A DNA stretch of 56,145 bases, taken from IMG/VR virus record IMGVR_UViG_3300048858_000111, positions 1 through 56,145 of that record. One strand, written 5' to 3'. Under the pieces are notes generated by a model. That model was not told the origin of the DNA. It ran no database searches and worked only from the letters and a program-made list of their open reading frames with translations. Origin of the DNA: a virus (Duplodnaviria > Caudoviricetes). Positions 33,607-44,029 of the stretch are shown here, one piece after another. Position numbers and translations under genes: made by a program. Numbering within the stretch: position 1 is the first letter of the stretch; each line of letters begins with the position of its first letter.

Positions 33607-36312
33607 ATGGCGCGAGTGGCCGGCGGCAAGGAAGTTGGGCGGGTATCGATCCGCGTCCTCCCGAACGCGACGAAGTTCCGCAACGACCTCCGGCTGCTGC
33701 TGCAGCGTGTCGAAGGCAGCATGGCGGCGAACCTGCGGGTGCAGGCCGACACCACCCGGGCGACGGCCACGGTCGAGCGGTTCCGGCAGCAGGTCGAGAA
33801 CAACCCGGCCCGCCTCCACATCGACACCGAGCCCGCCACCCGCGCGGTAGCGAACCTCCGCCGGGAGCTCCGCGGCACCGAGGCGAACATCAACGTCGGC
33901 GCCGACACCCTCGTGGCGGCCGCGCAGATGGCCAGGGTCTCCCGGGACCGGGTCTCCGTCATCCGCGTCGCCCTCGCGCGGGGGTCGGTCGCGAAAGTCA
34001 CGGCCGCCCTCGCCGCCCTGTCCGGCGCGCGCCTGCTCGGCAGCACCTTCGGGGACATCGGCCGGGGCCTCGCGAACATCGACAAGAACCTCCCGAAGAT
34101 CGCGCTGATGGCCACGGGCATCGCGTCGCTCACCGGGGTTGCGCTGTCCTCCACGGCCGCGCTCGTGAGCCTGGGCGCCGGCATCGCTCAGATCGCTGGT
34201 GTCGCGCTCCTCGCACCGGGCATGTTCGCCGCGGCCGCCGTCTCGATGGTGGCCCTCGTCGTCGCGCTAAAGAACGCGGGCACCCAGCTCGAGCCGCTGA
34301 AGCAGGGCTTCCTCGACCTCGGCGACACCATCAACGCGGAGTACTGGGCGCGCGCACGCGACCCGATCATCAACTTCGTCAACAGCGTGTTCCCGCAGCT
34401 GCAGGACGGCATCACCATGGTGTCGGCGTCGCTGGGCGAGTACACCGCGAAGCTGGCGTCTGCGTTCACCACCGCGTTCGGCGGGGAGCGTCTCGTGCAG
34501 ATGTTCGCGAACCTCGCGAACTCCATCGACATCTCGCAGGCCGGCGCGGACTCTCTCGCGTCCACGATCGCAATCCTCGGGACGCTGGGGGCGTCGTACC
34601 TTCCCCGGCTCGCGTCGTTCTTCGTGCGCATCGGGGACAGCTTCAACGCGTGGCTGTCGGCTGCAGAGGCCGACGGGCGACTGAACGCCTGGGTGGACCG
34701 CGCCATCGTCGCCCTGGGACAGCTCGGGTCCGTGTTCGCGTCCCTCGGCAGCATCCTCGCTGGCATCGACGACGCCATGGTCGCAGCCGGAGGCGGCGGG
34801 CTCGCCGCGTTCGCGGCCGGTCTCTCCACGGTCGCGAGCATCGTCAATGGGCCCGCCTTCCAGACGGGGCTCACCACGATCCTCGAAGGCGCCAACGCGG
34901 GCTTCTCCGCCCTCGGTGCCGCCCTCGGGCCGATCGGTGTTGCCATCGGCGCCCTCGCACCCACCCTGTCGTCAGTACTGACGACCGCGGGGGAGGCGCT
35001 GGGCGGGCTGCTCACGAGCATCGCCTCGGCGCTCCAGGAGCCAGCGTTCGCTGAGGGACTGGACCGCTTCTTCCTCGGCATCCAGCGGGGCCTCGACGCG
35101 CTCGGGCCCTCGCTTCCCGCCGTGGCGGCCGCGCTCGGCACCCTGGGTGCCGTCGTCGGAGATCTCGCCGCCCAACTCGGCCCCGTGCTCGCCACGGCGC
35201 TCGAGGAAGCCGCCCCGATCTTCAGCGCACTCCTCGCCGAGATCGCACCCCTGATCCCGCTCCTCGGCACACAGCTGATCGAAGCGATCGTCGCCATCGC
35301 CCCTGGACTGATGGCGATCGCGAAGGACGCGCTCCCGCAGCTCGTCGCCGTGATCGCCGAGCTAGTACCCGTCCTACCGCCGCTGGTGGCCCTGTTCGGC
35401 GAGCTGCTGGTGCAGACCGCTCCCATGGCTGCGCAGCTCCTCGAAACGCTGCTGCCCGCGTTCGCAGCCTTGACCCCTGCGATCATCGCCATGCTCGAGG
35501 CGCTTACCCCTCTCCTGCAGTACCTGCCGGCGCTGACGGTCAGTGTGCAGATCCTCGCGGGGGTCATCTCGACGGTCCTCGCGGCCGCGTTCACGGTCAT
35601 GCAGGTCATCTGGACCGGGTTCACCGCGCTGATCACCGGCGACTGGTCGAACTTCGCTGCGACGATCACCGGAATCACGAACGGTCTCGCGTCGTCGCTG
35701 AGCAATCTTTGGTCGGGAATCGCCAGCAACATCATTGGCACGTTGCAGGGGCTCGCGAACCAGGCTGTCGGTGCGCTCTCGGGCGTGCACGCCTCGATCG
35801 TGAACGCCTTCGCGGATGCGGGCTCCTGGCTCGGTCAGGCTGGCCGGCGCATCGTCGAGGGCCTCGCGAGCGGAATTCGCAGCGCGATCGGCGCTGCCCG
35901 GGCCGCGATCAGCGAAGTGATGGGGGCGGTGTCCGGCTTCCTGCCGAACTCGCCCGCGAAGGAGGGCCCGTTCTCTGGTCGTGGCTGGTCGCTCTACTCG
36001 GGGCAGGCCATCGTCCGCGACCTCGCGGAAGGACTCTCCGGGCCAGACTCGGTCGGTAAGGCGCGCGCCGCGGCCAACACGCTCATGTCGTCGATGGCGC
36101 TCGACGCTTCGGGCACGGTGGCTCTCTCGGGGTCTGCTGGTGACGTGAGCGCGGCATCGGCCGCCGCATCCGCTGACCGCCCGATCTACATGGACGGCGC
36201 TCTCTTCGGGGTGCTGAGGCAGATGGCGAACGGTGAGGCGCAGATCGTGCTCGCCGGGTACGACGCCGAGCGGGAACGCACCTTGGACGCCGGCTACAGA
36301 GTGGGGGTGTGA
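33607..36312 (+). CDS. Tape measure protein
   Basis: 901 aa Ala/Leu-rich; VGRVSIRV.P N-terminus; P.SPAKEGPFSG.G. Confidence 0.92.
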   Translation: MARVAGGKEVGRVSIRVLPNATKFRNDLRLLLQRVEGSMAANLRVQADTTRATATVERFRQQVENNPARLHIDTEPATRAVANLRRELRGTEANINVGADTLVAAAQMARVSRDRVSVIRVALARGSVAKVTAALAALSGARLLGSTFGDIGRGLANIDKNLPKIALMATGIASLTGVALSSTAALVSLGAGIAQIAGVALLAPGMFAAAAVSMVALVVALKNAGTQLEPLKQGFLDLGDTINAEYWARARDPIINFVNSVFPQLQDGITMVSASLGEYTAKLASAFTTAFGGERLVQMFANLANSIDISQAGADSLASTIAILGTLGASYLPRLASFFVRIGDSFNAWLSAAEADGRLNAWVDRAIVALGQLGSVFASLGSILAGIDDAMVAAGGGGLAAFAAGLSTVASIVNGPAFQTGLTTILEGANAGFSALGAALGPIGVAIGALAPTLSSVLTTAGEALGGLLTSIASALQEPAFAEGLDRFFLGIQRGLDALGPSLPAVAAALGTLGAVVGDLAAQLGPVLATALEEAAPIFSALLAEIAPLIPLLGTQLIEAIVAIAPGLMAIAKDALPQLVAVIAELVPVLPPLVALFGELLVQTAPMAAQLLETLLPAFAALTPAIIAMLEALTPLLQYLPALTVSVQILAGVISTVLAAAFTVMQVIWTGFTALITGDWSNFAATITGITNGLASSLSNLWSGIASNIIGTLQGLANQAVGALSGVHASIVNAFADAGSWLGQAGRRIVEGLASGIRSAIGAARAAISEVMGAVSGFLPNSPAKEGPFSGRGWSLYSGQAIVRDLAEGLSGPDSVGKARAAANTLMSSMALDASGTVALSGSAGDVSAASAAASADRPIYMDGALFGVLRQMANGEAQIVLAGYDAERERTLDAGYRVGV

Positions 36313-37100
36313 TCGTGGCATCCGCCCCCATCCTTGCGGCGTCTTCTCTGCCGTCCCCGCGGGTGCAGGTCACGTTCGCGGACCTGCACCCGCTGACGGC
36401 CACAGCGACCGTGTGGCGCGTTTCCGAGACGACGCTCGTCGTGCCCGGGGCGCGTCGCATGTTCGCTGCCGGTGGGCTCACACTCACCGACTTCTGGGTG
36501 CCCCTGAGCCGCGAGGTGACCTACTACGCCGAGATGTTCAACGCAGCCGGCGCTCGCCTCGGCATCACTCCCGCCGCATCAATCAGGGTGTGGGGTGACC
36601 GAGCGGTGTGGGTGATGGACCCGTACGACCCGGAAGGGTCAGTGCCGGTCGACCCGCACCCGTCGTTCGCTGAGTCGCTTCAGGCCGTCCGGGAATCGTC
36701 GCGGTACAACCTCGGCGACCGCGTCGTAGCGCTGATGGGTCCCGCGGGGCTCCTCGAGAAGCTGAACGCGTGGGCGTACACCGGCACCCAGGAGCAGCAG
36801 ACGCGACTCACCGCGATCCTCCGCGGCGGGCTCGTTCTCATCCGAGCTACAGAGCCGATCCCCATCCCCGACGTCCTGTACGCGTCCGTACGGTCGTGGG
36901 CGCAGCTGCCCGAGCATCGCCGCGGCGGATGGTTCTCCCGGTGGGAGGTCGCCGTCGACGAGATGTCACCCATCGAGGCAGGTGCCGCGAACACCGGGGT
37001 GCCGTGGCAGCGGTACGAGGGCGCCTTCACGACCTGGGGGCAGATGCAGGCCGCGTACACGACGTGGCTCGACGCGAAACGGAACCCACCAGGAGCGTGA
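36309..37100 (+). CDS. Minor tail protein (distal-tail-like)
   Basis: Position after tape measure. Confidence 0.7.
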   Translation: MIVASAPILAASSLPSPRVQVTFADLHPLTATATVWRVSETTLVVPGARRMFAAGGLTLTDFWVPLSREVTYYAEMFNAAGARLGITPAASIRVWGDRAVWVMDPYDPEGSVPVDPHPSFAESLQAVRESSRYNLGDRVVALMGPAGLLEKLNAWAYTGTQEQQTRLTAILRGGLVLIRATEPIPIPDVLYASVRSWAQLPEHRRGGWFSRWEVAVDEMSPIEAGAANTGVPWQRYEGAFTTWGQMQAAYTTWLDAKRNPPGA

Positions 37101-37101
37101 C

Positions 37102-38223
37102 GTGCTGAAACTCGACCCGGACCTCATCGAACTGCTGCAGGTATCGCACGCCGCCGAGATCCGGGCCACCGCCTTCTACGACGGCGAACTCGTCGGCCCG
37201 GTTCCGATCACGCAGGACGGGTCACTGAGGTACTCCGCCGACCAGGTCGTGCAGTGCGCCGGCTCGGTGTTCCTCGCTCGCGACAGCGCGTCGATGGTTC
37301 CCCGGTCGAAGGCCGACACGCTGGCCCCGTTCGGGCAGGAGGTCCGCATCGACCGGGTCGACCGGAAGGGGTCGGCCGAGTGGGTGACCACCCTCGGGCA
37401 GCTGCGAATCCAGAAGGTGCCCTCCATGCGGGAGTACTTCAGGCGATACCCGTCGTTGACGCAGGTCACAGGGTGGTCGGCGCAGCTCGACCTCCAGGAT
37501 CGGTTCGCGCAGATCGCCGCCGACGACTTCCTGTACCCGGAGTCACCGAAGCCGGGCAACAGCACGTGGCGGGAGATTCAGCGTCTCTCACCGGTCCCGA
37601 TAGTGATTGCTGGTTCCCTGCCCGACAGGGCGGTGCCGTCGTCTCTGACCGCGTACCCGAAGTCGCGGATGGAGACGCTCACAGCGCTCTTCTCGAACCT
37701 CGGCGCCTACCCGCACATGACACGATTCGGAGCGCTCACAGGCCGCGCGAAGGACGTTTGGATGACGGCCACCACCCCCGTCTTCACCATAGATGGCGTC
37801 ATCGACATGGACGACTCTATGACGGGCGATCTCTTCAACGCGGTCAAGGTGTCGTCCTCGGCCGGCGCGAACGGTCTCTTCGCTGTGAGGCAGATCACCG
37901 ACCCCGGCAACCCCCTACGCGTGAACGGCCCGTTCGGTCGGCGGGTGTTCACGCAGTCGTCGCCGCTGTACGAGTCCCAAGCCGACGTCGACCACGCCGC
38001 GGACACCCTGCTGCGGCGCGTGTCGACGAGGCAGGTGAAGACGGTGAAGGTCACGTGCCTTCCGCAGCCGCACCTCGAGCTCGGCGACTACATCGCTGCA
38101 CGGCAGAAGGCCGAGGACGGGACGGTGCTACGGACGGTGAGCGGCGAGATCACGACCATCAGCGCTCCGCTGGACGCGACAGCGTCGTGGACGCTCGAGC
38201 TCATTATGGCGGAGTCGTCATGA
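37102..38223 (+). CDS. Minor tail/baseplate hub protein
   Basis: LAPFGQE, GPFGR......SP, P.LELGD. Confidence 0.72.
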   Translation: MLKLDPDLIELLQVSHAAEIRATAFYDGELVGPVPITQDGSLRYSADQVVQCAGSVFLARDSASMVPRSKADTLAPFGQEVRIDRVDRKGSAEWVTTLGQLRIQKVPSMREYFRRYPSLTQVTGWSAQLDLQDRFAQIAADDFLYPESPKPGNSTWREIQRLSPVPIVIAGSLPDRAVPSSLTAYPKSRMETLTALFSNLGAYPHMTRFGALTGRAKDVWMTATTPVFTIDGVIDMDDSMTGDLFNAVKVSSSAGANGLFAVRQITDPGNPLRVNGPFGRRVFTQSSPLYESQADVDHAADTLLRRVSTRQVKTVKVTCLPQPHLELGDYIAARQKAEDGTVLRTVSGEITTISAPLDATASWTLELIMAESS

Positions 38224-39086
38224 GCGCCGACACTTCCCTCGCTCGCGCGGGCGCGGAACGCGAGTCCCGCGAATCGACCCTCACTCGAGCGCTGTGCACC
38301 GCATTCGATCCGGCAACGGGCATGGCGGTGTTCAACATCAACGGCGGCACACAGGCCGCACCCGTCGTCGGCTTCCCGCCCTCCGTGGGGTGGGAGGCGT
38401 GGCTGATCTACGTCGCCTCTCAGCCGCTCTGCCTCGGCCCCGTCTACCGCTCACCGTGGGGCGTGGTCGCAGCCGAGCCCGCCGGCGGCAAGGTCGAGGT
38501 GTCCGGCGACGACGGCCGCACCTACGTGCTTCCCTACGCGGACTCGCTCGAGCTCGCCGCGGCTGACCGAGTCGCGATCGACTGGGCCTCCGGAGTTGTC
38601 ATGGTCGAGCCCGCGTCCGAATCGGTGCCCGCCGATGTGATCCAGCCTCCCGGCGCGACCGGTGAGGTCCGCACCTGGAACTTCTTCCCCCGCGACTCCG
38701 GCTCGTACGGCTCCTCATGGTTCACGACGAGCGTGTTCTCGTCGGACTCGAACGTCGGCGTTTTCTTCTATGACGGCATCGCCGACACGATCCCTGACAG
38801 CGCGGAAATCATCTCCGTGTCGCTCCATCTCTCGGCCACCAGGTCCGAGGGTGCCGACCCGACGATCGGCCTCCACTCTGAAGCGGGGAAGGGCGGCGCT
38901 CCTACGGTGAGCGCGGCTGTCGCGGTCCCGGGAGGCACCGGCGACAAGTCGCTGCCGACCTCGTTCGGCGACGCCTTGAAGACGGGCGCCACTCTCGGGG
39001 TGGGCACGAACCACGGCGGCTACCACGTGTTCGCTCCCGCGAACGTCGACAACAGCGGCGCTCTCACGATCGTCGCGCAACTGTAG
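38220..39086 (+). CDS. Minor tail protein
   Basis: Coupled; beta-rich. Confidence 0.7.
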   Translation: MSADTSLARAGAERESRESTLTRALCTAFDPATGMAVFNINGGTQAAPVVGFPPSVGWEAWLIYVASQPLCLGPVYRSPWGVVAAEPAGGKVEVSGDDGRTYVLPYADSLELAAADRVAIDWASGVVMVEPASESVPADVIQPPGATGEVRTWNFFPRDSGSYGSSWFTTSVFSSDSNVGVFFYDGIADTIPDSAEIISVSLHLSATRSEGADPTIGLHSEAGKGGAPTVSAAVAVPGGTGDKSLPTSFGDALKTGATLGVGTNHGGYHVFAPANVDNSGALTIVAQL

Positions 39087-39095
39087 GAGGCCTGA

Positions 39096-39560
39096 ATGCT
39101 GAAGCCGCAGATCAGCTCGTCATCGCCGATGGAGGGCCCGGAGCAGATCAACGATGTCGCGGACTTCGCGGCGCAGGGGTGGCGGTGGAGGGGCGGCACG
39201 TCCGCGCAGCGCGCAGGGCTCCCCTCCGACGAAGTGTTCGACGGCATGGTCTGGAAGGACACCGACAACGGCGCCCACCTGTACCAGCGCTCCGGGGGTG
39301 AGTGGGGGAGGGTGCTCCGTCACTCCGCAGGAGTGTTCAGCGGCAGCACCTCGTCGACGGGCACCGCGACCGTCTCGCACGGGCTGCCCTCCACACCGGT
39401 CATCGTGCTCGCTACCGACAAGAACGAGGGCGCCGTGCCAGGGACCCGCAAGATCGTGTTCAACGCGTCGAGCACCACGCAGATCCAGTTCGTCGTGTTC
39501 AACGGCGGGTCTCCGCTGGCCGAGAACCCGGTCGTCTTCTCCTGGCTGGCCTACTTCTAG
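39096..39560 (+). CDS. Minor tail/fibre protein with C-terminal H-lectin-like domain
   Basis: GT.AQR...DG..W.DTD; V.HGLPSTP.IV...FSWLA. Confidence 0.65.
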   Translation: MLKPQISSSSPMEGPEQINDVADFAAQGWRWRGGTSAQRAGLPSDEVFDGMVWKDTDNGAHLYQRSGGEWGRVLRHSAGVFSGSTSSTGTATVSHGLPSTPVIVLATDKNEGAVPGTRKIVFNASSTTQIQFVVFNGGSPLAENPVVFSWLAYF

Positions 39561-39674
39561 CCGATCGGGTCGATCGCGGGGCACCCGCACCCGTCACACA
39601 CCCGCAGCGAGATCCGTCGTCGTCTCCGGGCACAACTACTCGACCCCCATGACCACAGGATACGGAGAACGACC

Positions 39675-40508
39675 ATGCCGCTCTACGCCAACGGTCGCGC
39701 CCCGAAGCGTGCCCTCGTCACCGTTCACGGCTGCCCGGCGACGCCGGACATGGCGCGGAGGGTGCTGTACACGAAGCGCGTCTACGACGCCTCTCATTCC
39801 GACGAGCTGCAGATCAACCAGATCTACAGGTTTATCGGCAACGCCAGCGACTTCGCGGTCGGGTACCAGGACTGGAGGAACGGCACCGACAGGTCGGGGC
39901 AGCTCGAGTTCGGGGCGTCGCAGTACTACGTCGCCGGCGTCGCGGCGGCCGGGGGCCCCTCGGCAGCGACGATCGGAGAGTCGAACCACGGCGACGACGA
40001 GATCGGCGCCGTCGACTGGTCCTGCGTCCATGTCGCCGACCGCCGAGCGATCGCGCGCGAGGCGGGGCTGATCCACAACATCCCGTCCGAGACGTGGCAC
40101 GCCGCCGGCATCGGCGTCATCACCGCCGACCTCTCCGGCTTCGCGGGCCTCGAGCCCGTCGCCGTGGCGCCCGATGACGGCTTCGACGAGCGCGACCTCG
40201 CCGACCTCCTCGGAGAGCTCGAGCAGCTGCGCAGCATCAAGCTGTACGCCCTCCCCGGCGGGTGGGTGTGGGTCGGCCCCGGCGGCCGCACCTGGGTGGT
40301 CCCCGACGTCGCGTACGCCGTGCTCGCCGACTACCTCAAGGCCGCATCGGGCATCCCCATCGCGGTTTCGCAGGAGGCGTTCGACTTCGCCACCACCCAG
40401 TTCCTGCCCACCCTCAACCCGGACCCGTCGAACGGGGCCCTCGATCGCATCCTCGCCCTGTCGCAGGCCGAGGTGCTCACGCTGATCGAGCAGATGGAGG
40501 TGGTGTGA
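39675..40508 (+). CDS. Endolysin 1: M15-type zinc peptidase plus shared C-terminal domain
   Basis: YR..., SNHG.....AVD, ETWH motifs; CTD paralogous to endolysin 2. Confidence 0.75.
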   Translation: MPLYANGRAPKRALVTVHGCPATPDMARRVLYTKRVYDASHSDELQINQIYRFIGNASDFAVGYQDWRNGTDRSGQLEFGASQYYVAGVAAAGGPSAATIGESNHGDDEIGAVDWSCVHVADRRAIAREAGLIHNIPSETWHAAGIGVITADLSGFAGLEPVAVAPDDGFDERDLADLLGELEQLRSIKLYALPGGWVWVGPGGRTWVVPDVAYAVLADYLKAASGIPIAVSQEAFDFATTQFLPTLNPDPSNGALDRILALSQAEVLTLIEQMEVV

Positions 40509-40509
40509 C

Positions 40510-41448
40510 GTGCTCACCGGCATCGACATCGCCACCTACCAGCAGACCCTCAACATCGAAGCGCTGCCCGCCGCCGGGGTGCACCTCGTCATCCACAAGG
40601 CGTCGGGCGCGAACGGCGGCCGCCTCTACGTCGACTCCGGGTACCGGCGCATCGCACCACGCGTGCGAGCGGCGGGGCTCGCGTTAGGGCACTACTTCTT
40701 CAACGGCCCGGTGCACCCGGCGGAGTCGGCACGCTTCTTCGTCGCGAACCTCACCGCGTATCAGCCGGGCGACCCGCTCGCGCTCGACGTCGAGGGGGAG
40801 GGGCTGCAGAACGTCGCCTGGTCGACGACCTGGTTCGAGACGGTGCTGCAGCTCATCCCCGACGCGAACCTCTTCCTCTACACGACCCAGGGGTACGTGC
40901 GGGAGTGGGACTGGTCCCCGGTCGTCGCCCTCGGTGTGCGGCTCTGGATCGCCGCGCCTGGTGACGACAGCCCCTTCGCGGGCGAGTTCGGCGACTCGGC
41001 CATCCATCAGCACACGTGGACGGCGACCTACGCCGGCTACCGGCCGCTCGACGGCAACCACGTCCGCGAGGACGTCATCCGCACGACCACACCGTCCGAA
41101 GGAGACGACATGTACGACGACGACGCGAAGAAGGCGCTCTTCGACGAGCTCGAGCAGCTGCGCCCCATCAAGCTCTACCAGTGGGGCACCGGCCTCATCT
41201 GGGTCGGCCCTGGCGGCAAGGAGTGGGTGGTCCCGAACGACGACTACGTCATCCTCGGCGACCACCTCAAGCAGGCCCCCCGCCGCCCCATCCCCATCAC
41301 CGACGGGATGCACACGTTCCTGACCAAGCAGTTCCTGCCGGGGCTGCACCCGGACCCCGCGAACCAGGTCATCGAGGCGATCCTGAAGCTCTCGGAGGCG
41401 GAGGCGAAGTCCCTCGCCGACAACATCCGCGCCGGCATCGCAGCCTGA
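40510..41448 (+). CDS. Endolysin 2: GH25 muramidase plus shared C-terminal domain
   Basis: GIDIATYQ, GHYFF, LDVE (DxE), LWIA, LDGN. Confidence 0.88.
   Translation: MLTGIDIATYQQTLNIEALPAAGVHLVIHKASGANGGRLYVDSGYRRIAPRVRAAGLALGHYFFNGPVHPAESARFFVANLTAYQPGDPLALDVEGEGLQNVAWSTTWFETVLQLIPDANLFLYTTQGYVREWDWSPVVALGVRLWIAAPGDDSPFAGEFGDSAIHQHTWTATYAGYRPLDGNHVREDVIRTTTPSEGDDMYDDDAKKALFDELEQLRPIKLYQWGTGLIWVGPGGKEWVVPNDDYVILGDHLKQAPRRPIPITDGMHTFLTKQFLPGLHPDPANQVIEAILKLSEAEAKSLADNIRAGIAA
41110..41448 (+). CDS. In-frame internal-start product: C-terminal domain alone (112 aa)
   Basis: GAAGGAG (41098-41104), 5 nt, ATG 41110 at the linker/CTD boundary. Confidence 0.62.
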   Translation: MYDDDAKKALFDELEQLRPIKLYQWGTGLIWVGPGGKEWVVPNDDYVILGDHLKQAPRRPIPITDGMHTFLTKQFLPGLHPDPANQVIEAILKLSEAEAKSLADNIRAGIAA

Positions 41449-41477
41449 CCGCCCTCTCGACCCTGAGAGGGGCAGCT

Positions 41478-41966
41478 GTGGACAAATTCCCCGTGGACCC
41501 GGAGAAGCGCCGCCGGCTGGAAGCGCTCATCCGGATCATCGACATCGTCATCTACCTCTTCGTATTCGCGGGAGGGATCTACGCGCTGCTGTTCACGCCC
41601 ACCAGCGTGCAGACCGAACTCATCGGCTACGAGTGGCTCATCGCGATCTGGGCGGCCCTGCTCCTGATCGGCGGCGCCCTCGGGTTCGTCGGCCGGCTGA
41701 GCCGCTACTGGGTGCTCGAGCTCCCCGCGACCGCGGCCGCGTTCTTCGGGATCCTCATCTACGTCGTCGTCCTCGGCCGCACAGCGTTCCTGTCGATCAC
41801 CGCGGCCGTGGCCGTCGCACTCGTCATCGTCGCGCTCGGGCTGATGCTGCGCCGCTACATCGAGTTGCAGATCTTCGGCACCGACCCGGGACACAAGGAC
41901 TTCCAGACCCGGCTAGCCGACATGATCCGGAGGCGAACGCAGAACGTCCCGCCACGCGCCGAGTAG
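41478..41966 (+). CDS. Four-TM membrane protein of lysis cassette
   Basis: Four hydrophobic segments; GAGAGGGG RBS. Confidence 0.72.
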   Translation: MDKFPVDPEKRRRLEALIRIIDIVIYLFVFAGGIYALLFTPTSVQTELIGYEWLIAIWAALLLIGGALGFVGRLSRYWVLELPATAAAFFGILIYVVVLGRTAFLSITAAVAVALVIVALGLMLRRYIELQIFGTDPGHKDFQTRLADMIRRRTQNVPPRAE

Positions 41967-41975
41967 GGGGACCAC

Positions 41976-42326
41976 ATGCCACAGCTCGAATCCATCAACA
42001 TCGTGGCCCTCGTCGTCGCGCTCCTCGGAGTCGGCGGCATCGGAGTGTTCTTCCGCGAGATCGTCGGGATCATCACCCTCATCCGCAACGGCGTCTCCGC
42101 GAAGGAATCTAAGCGGAAGAACGACCTCGTGGCGCAACGCGACTACGAGTACCAGCGAGCCGAGATCGAAACCTCGAACCGGCTCACCCTCGTCGACCAC
42201 GTCTCGCAGCTCCGCCGCCTGTTCATCGAGAACGGCATGGAGGATCTGCTGCCCGACTGGCCGGTGCTTCTGAAGATCCCCCCGCGGCCGTCCGAACCTG
42301 CGACCGCCACAACGAAGGAGAAGTGA
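41976..42326 (+). CDS. Single-TM coiled-coil lysis-cassette protein
   Basis: IVALVVALLGVGGIGVF followed by coiled coil. Confidence 0.7.
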   Translation: MPQLESINIVALVVALLGVGGIGVFFREIVGIITLIRNGVSAKESKRKNDLVAQRDYEYQRAEIETSNRLTLVDHVSQLRRLFIENGMEDLLPDWPVLLKIPPRPSEPATATTKEK

Positions 42327-42327
42327 G

Positions 42328-42561
42328 ATGAGCATCCCCACCGAGACCCCCAACGTCATCGTGCAGAACCCCGTCGTCCGCAAGGTCGTCGGCAACGTCC
42401 TCGCCGGCGCCACCCTGGTCCTCGCGATCGCGACCCTCGTCGACGGCGCGATCACCAGCATCGACTACGGCGAGATCACCGGCCCCGCCGCTGTCATCGT
42501 CGGCGGCCTGTTCGGCATCTTCCAGCTGGGAGTGACCTCTCCGAACGTTCCCAAGGCGTAG
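42328..42561 (+). CDS. Holin
   Basis: 77 aa, two TMs, NP.VRK and PNVP; AAGGAG RBS. Confidence 0.7.
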   Translation: MSIPTETPNVIVQNPVVRKVVGNVLAGATLVLAIATLVDGAITSIDYGEITGPAAVIVGGLFGIFQLGVTSPNVPKA

Positions 42562-42664
42562 CTCCGGGGCATCTCGCCTCACTCCAGCTGACCTCAGCGC
42601 CATCCGGCGCCCCGTTCTCGCAGACACATCATCCCCGGGAACGGGGCAGAGGAAGGTCCACCCG

Positions 42665-44029
42665 ATGCTGCGCAAAATCCACTTCACCAACCTCATCGGC
42701 AACTCGATCCCCTCGCCCTACGAGGCCTACGTCGAGATCGCCTACCAGTACCAGCTGCCCGGCGAGTCGAACCTGACGTGGAACATCCCGGCCCGCTACT
42801 ACCTCGACGTGGCCACCGGCGACCTCGACCGGAACGGCAACGACTGGGTGCAGCTGCAGGACTCCTACCTTGGGCTCCTGCCCATGGTGATCCGTATCCG
42901 CACCGTCTTCACCAACGGGCGCGGTCAGATGATCGGCGGCGAAGACCAGACATACGTCTTCCCTGACGGGACCGGCGACGTCAACTTCTCGCAGATGGTC
43001 CGCGTCGACCCCACACCCGGCGCCCTCTACGCCGCGTACGCGGACGCCACCCGCGACTCGGCCCTCGCCGCGCAGAGCGCAGCGACCGACGCTCTCGCGT
43101 CCGCGAACCAGGCGCTCGAGACAGCCGCATCCGTGCCCCTCCTCTTCAGCGCACCCTCGCCCACGTCGCCGAGGCCACCCGCCGCGCCCGGTCAGGAGGT
43201 GTGGTGGAAGGTCGTCAGCAGCGACCCCGACGTGCCGGTCCCGTACGCCATCGACGGCGACATCATCATCGTCGTCGCGCCCGAGCCGGTGCCGTTCACC
43301 TGGGCACAGCTCGACGGGCTCGGTGGTCTCTACCACGCTTCCCACGCGGGTGTCGCGAACGGCGCCGACCTGGCCACCGGAGTCGGCAACGCACTGCACG
43401 ACGAGTCAGGCAACGCCCGCCACCTCACCGTGCTCACCGGCACCGGCATCGCCGACATCCCCACCTACAGCGCCGCGGCCGGCGGCGGCAACGGTGCGAT
43501 CCTGTTCCCGCAGGTGTCGGCGCTCCGATCCGACACGATGTCGATCACTCCGTCTGCGGTGATCGTCGCCGTCAACGCGAAGTTCAACTCGCCCGCGGCG
43601 TCGACGGCCGATCAGACCGTGTTCACGCTCGGTGGCACAGGCTCGGGCAAGTTCTCGCTGTCGCGTGAGGGTGCGACCGACACGAAGCTGCAGGTCGCCA
43701 GCGCCGACGGGACCACGCTGTACCAGTCCGGGGTGCTGTCGTTCACCTCCGAGATGTCGATCATCTGCGTGTGGCTTCCGACCCGGGTGCGAGTGTTCGT
43801 GAACGGCACCGCCGTCATCGACGTCACGACAACGGCGCAGACACTCACCACCATCACCCAGATGTTCGTCGGTGTCGTGGTGACCGGCAGCAGCTCCGCC
43901 GTACTCCGCGCCTTCCGCGACGGCGAGCTGGGGATGCTCGCCTGGGCCACTCCCGGCACGACGGCGTTCGTCACCGACGAGCTCATCGAGGACATCAACG
44001 GCCTGCTCATGGCGGAACGGAACGCCTGA
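42665..44029 (+). CDS. Probable virion appendage protein with C-terminal LamG/concanavalin-like domain
   Basis: L.D.SGNARH.T, VRVFVNGT, F.DGELG; short Ala-rich helix and Pro linker. Confidence 0.65.
   Translation: MLRKIHFTNLIGNSIPSPYEAYVEIAYQYQLPGESNLTWNIPARYYLDVATGDLDRNGNDWVQLQDSYLGLLPMVIRIRTVFTNGRGQMIGGEDQTYVFPDGTGDVNFSQMVRVDPTPGALYAAYADATRDSALAAQSAATDALASANQALETAASVPLLFSAPSPTSPRPPAAPGQEVWWKVVSSDPDVPVPYAIDGDIIIVVAPEPVPFTWAQLDGLGGLYHASHAGVANGADLATGVGNALHDESGNARHLTVLTGTGIADIPTYSAAAGGGNGAILFPQVSALRSDTMSITPSAVIVAVNAKFNSPAASTADQTVFTLGGTGSGKFSLSREGATDTKLQVASADGTTLYQSGVLSFTSEMSIICVWLPTRVRVFVNGTAVIDVTTTAQTLTTITQMFVGVVVTGSSSAVLRAFRDGELGMLAWATPGTTAFVTDELIEDINGLLMAERNA

Noticed and set aside
33607-36312. 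Tape measure hydrophobic repeats as a membrane transporter
   Set aside because: Position after the chaperones and the Ala/Leu periodicity are typical of tape measure proteins
40170-41448. Shared endolysin CTD as an assembly error or recent duplication
   Set aside because: Copies are only about 45% identical at protein level and are fused to different catalytic domains
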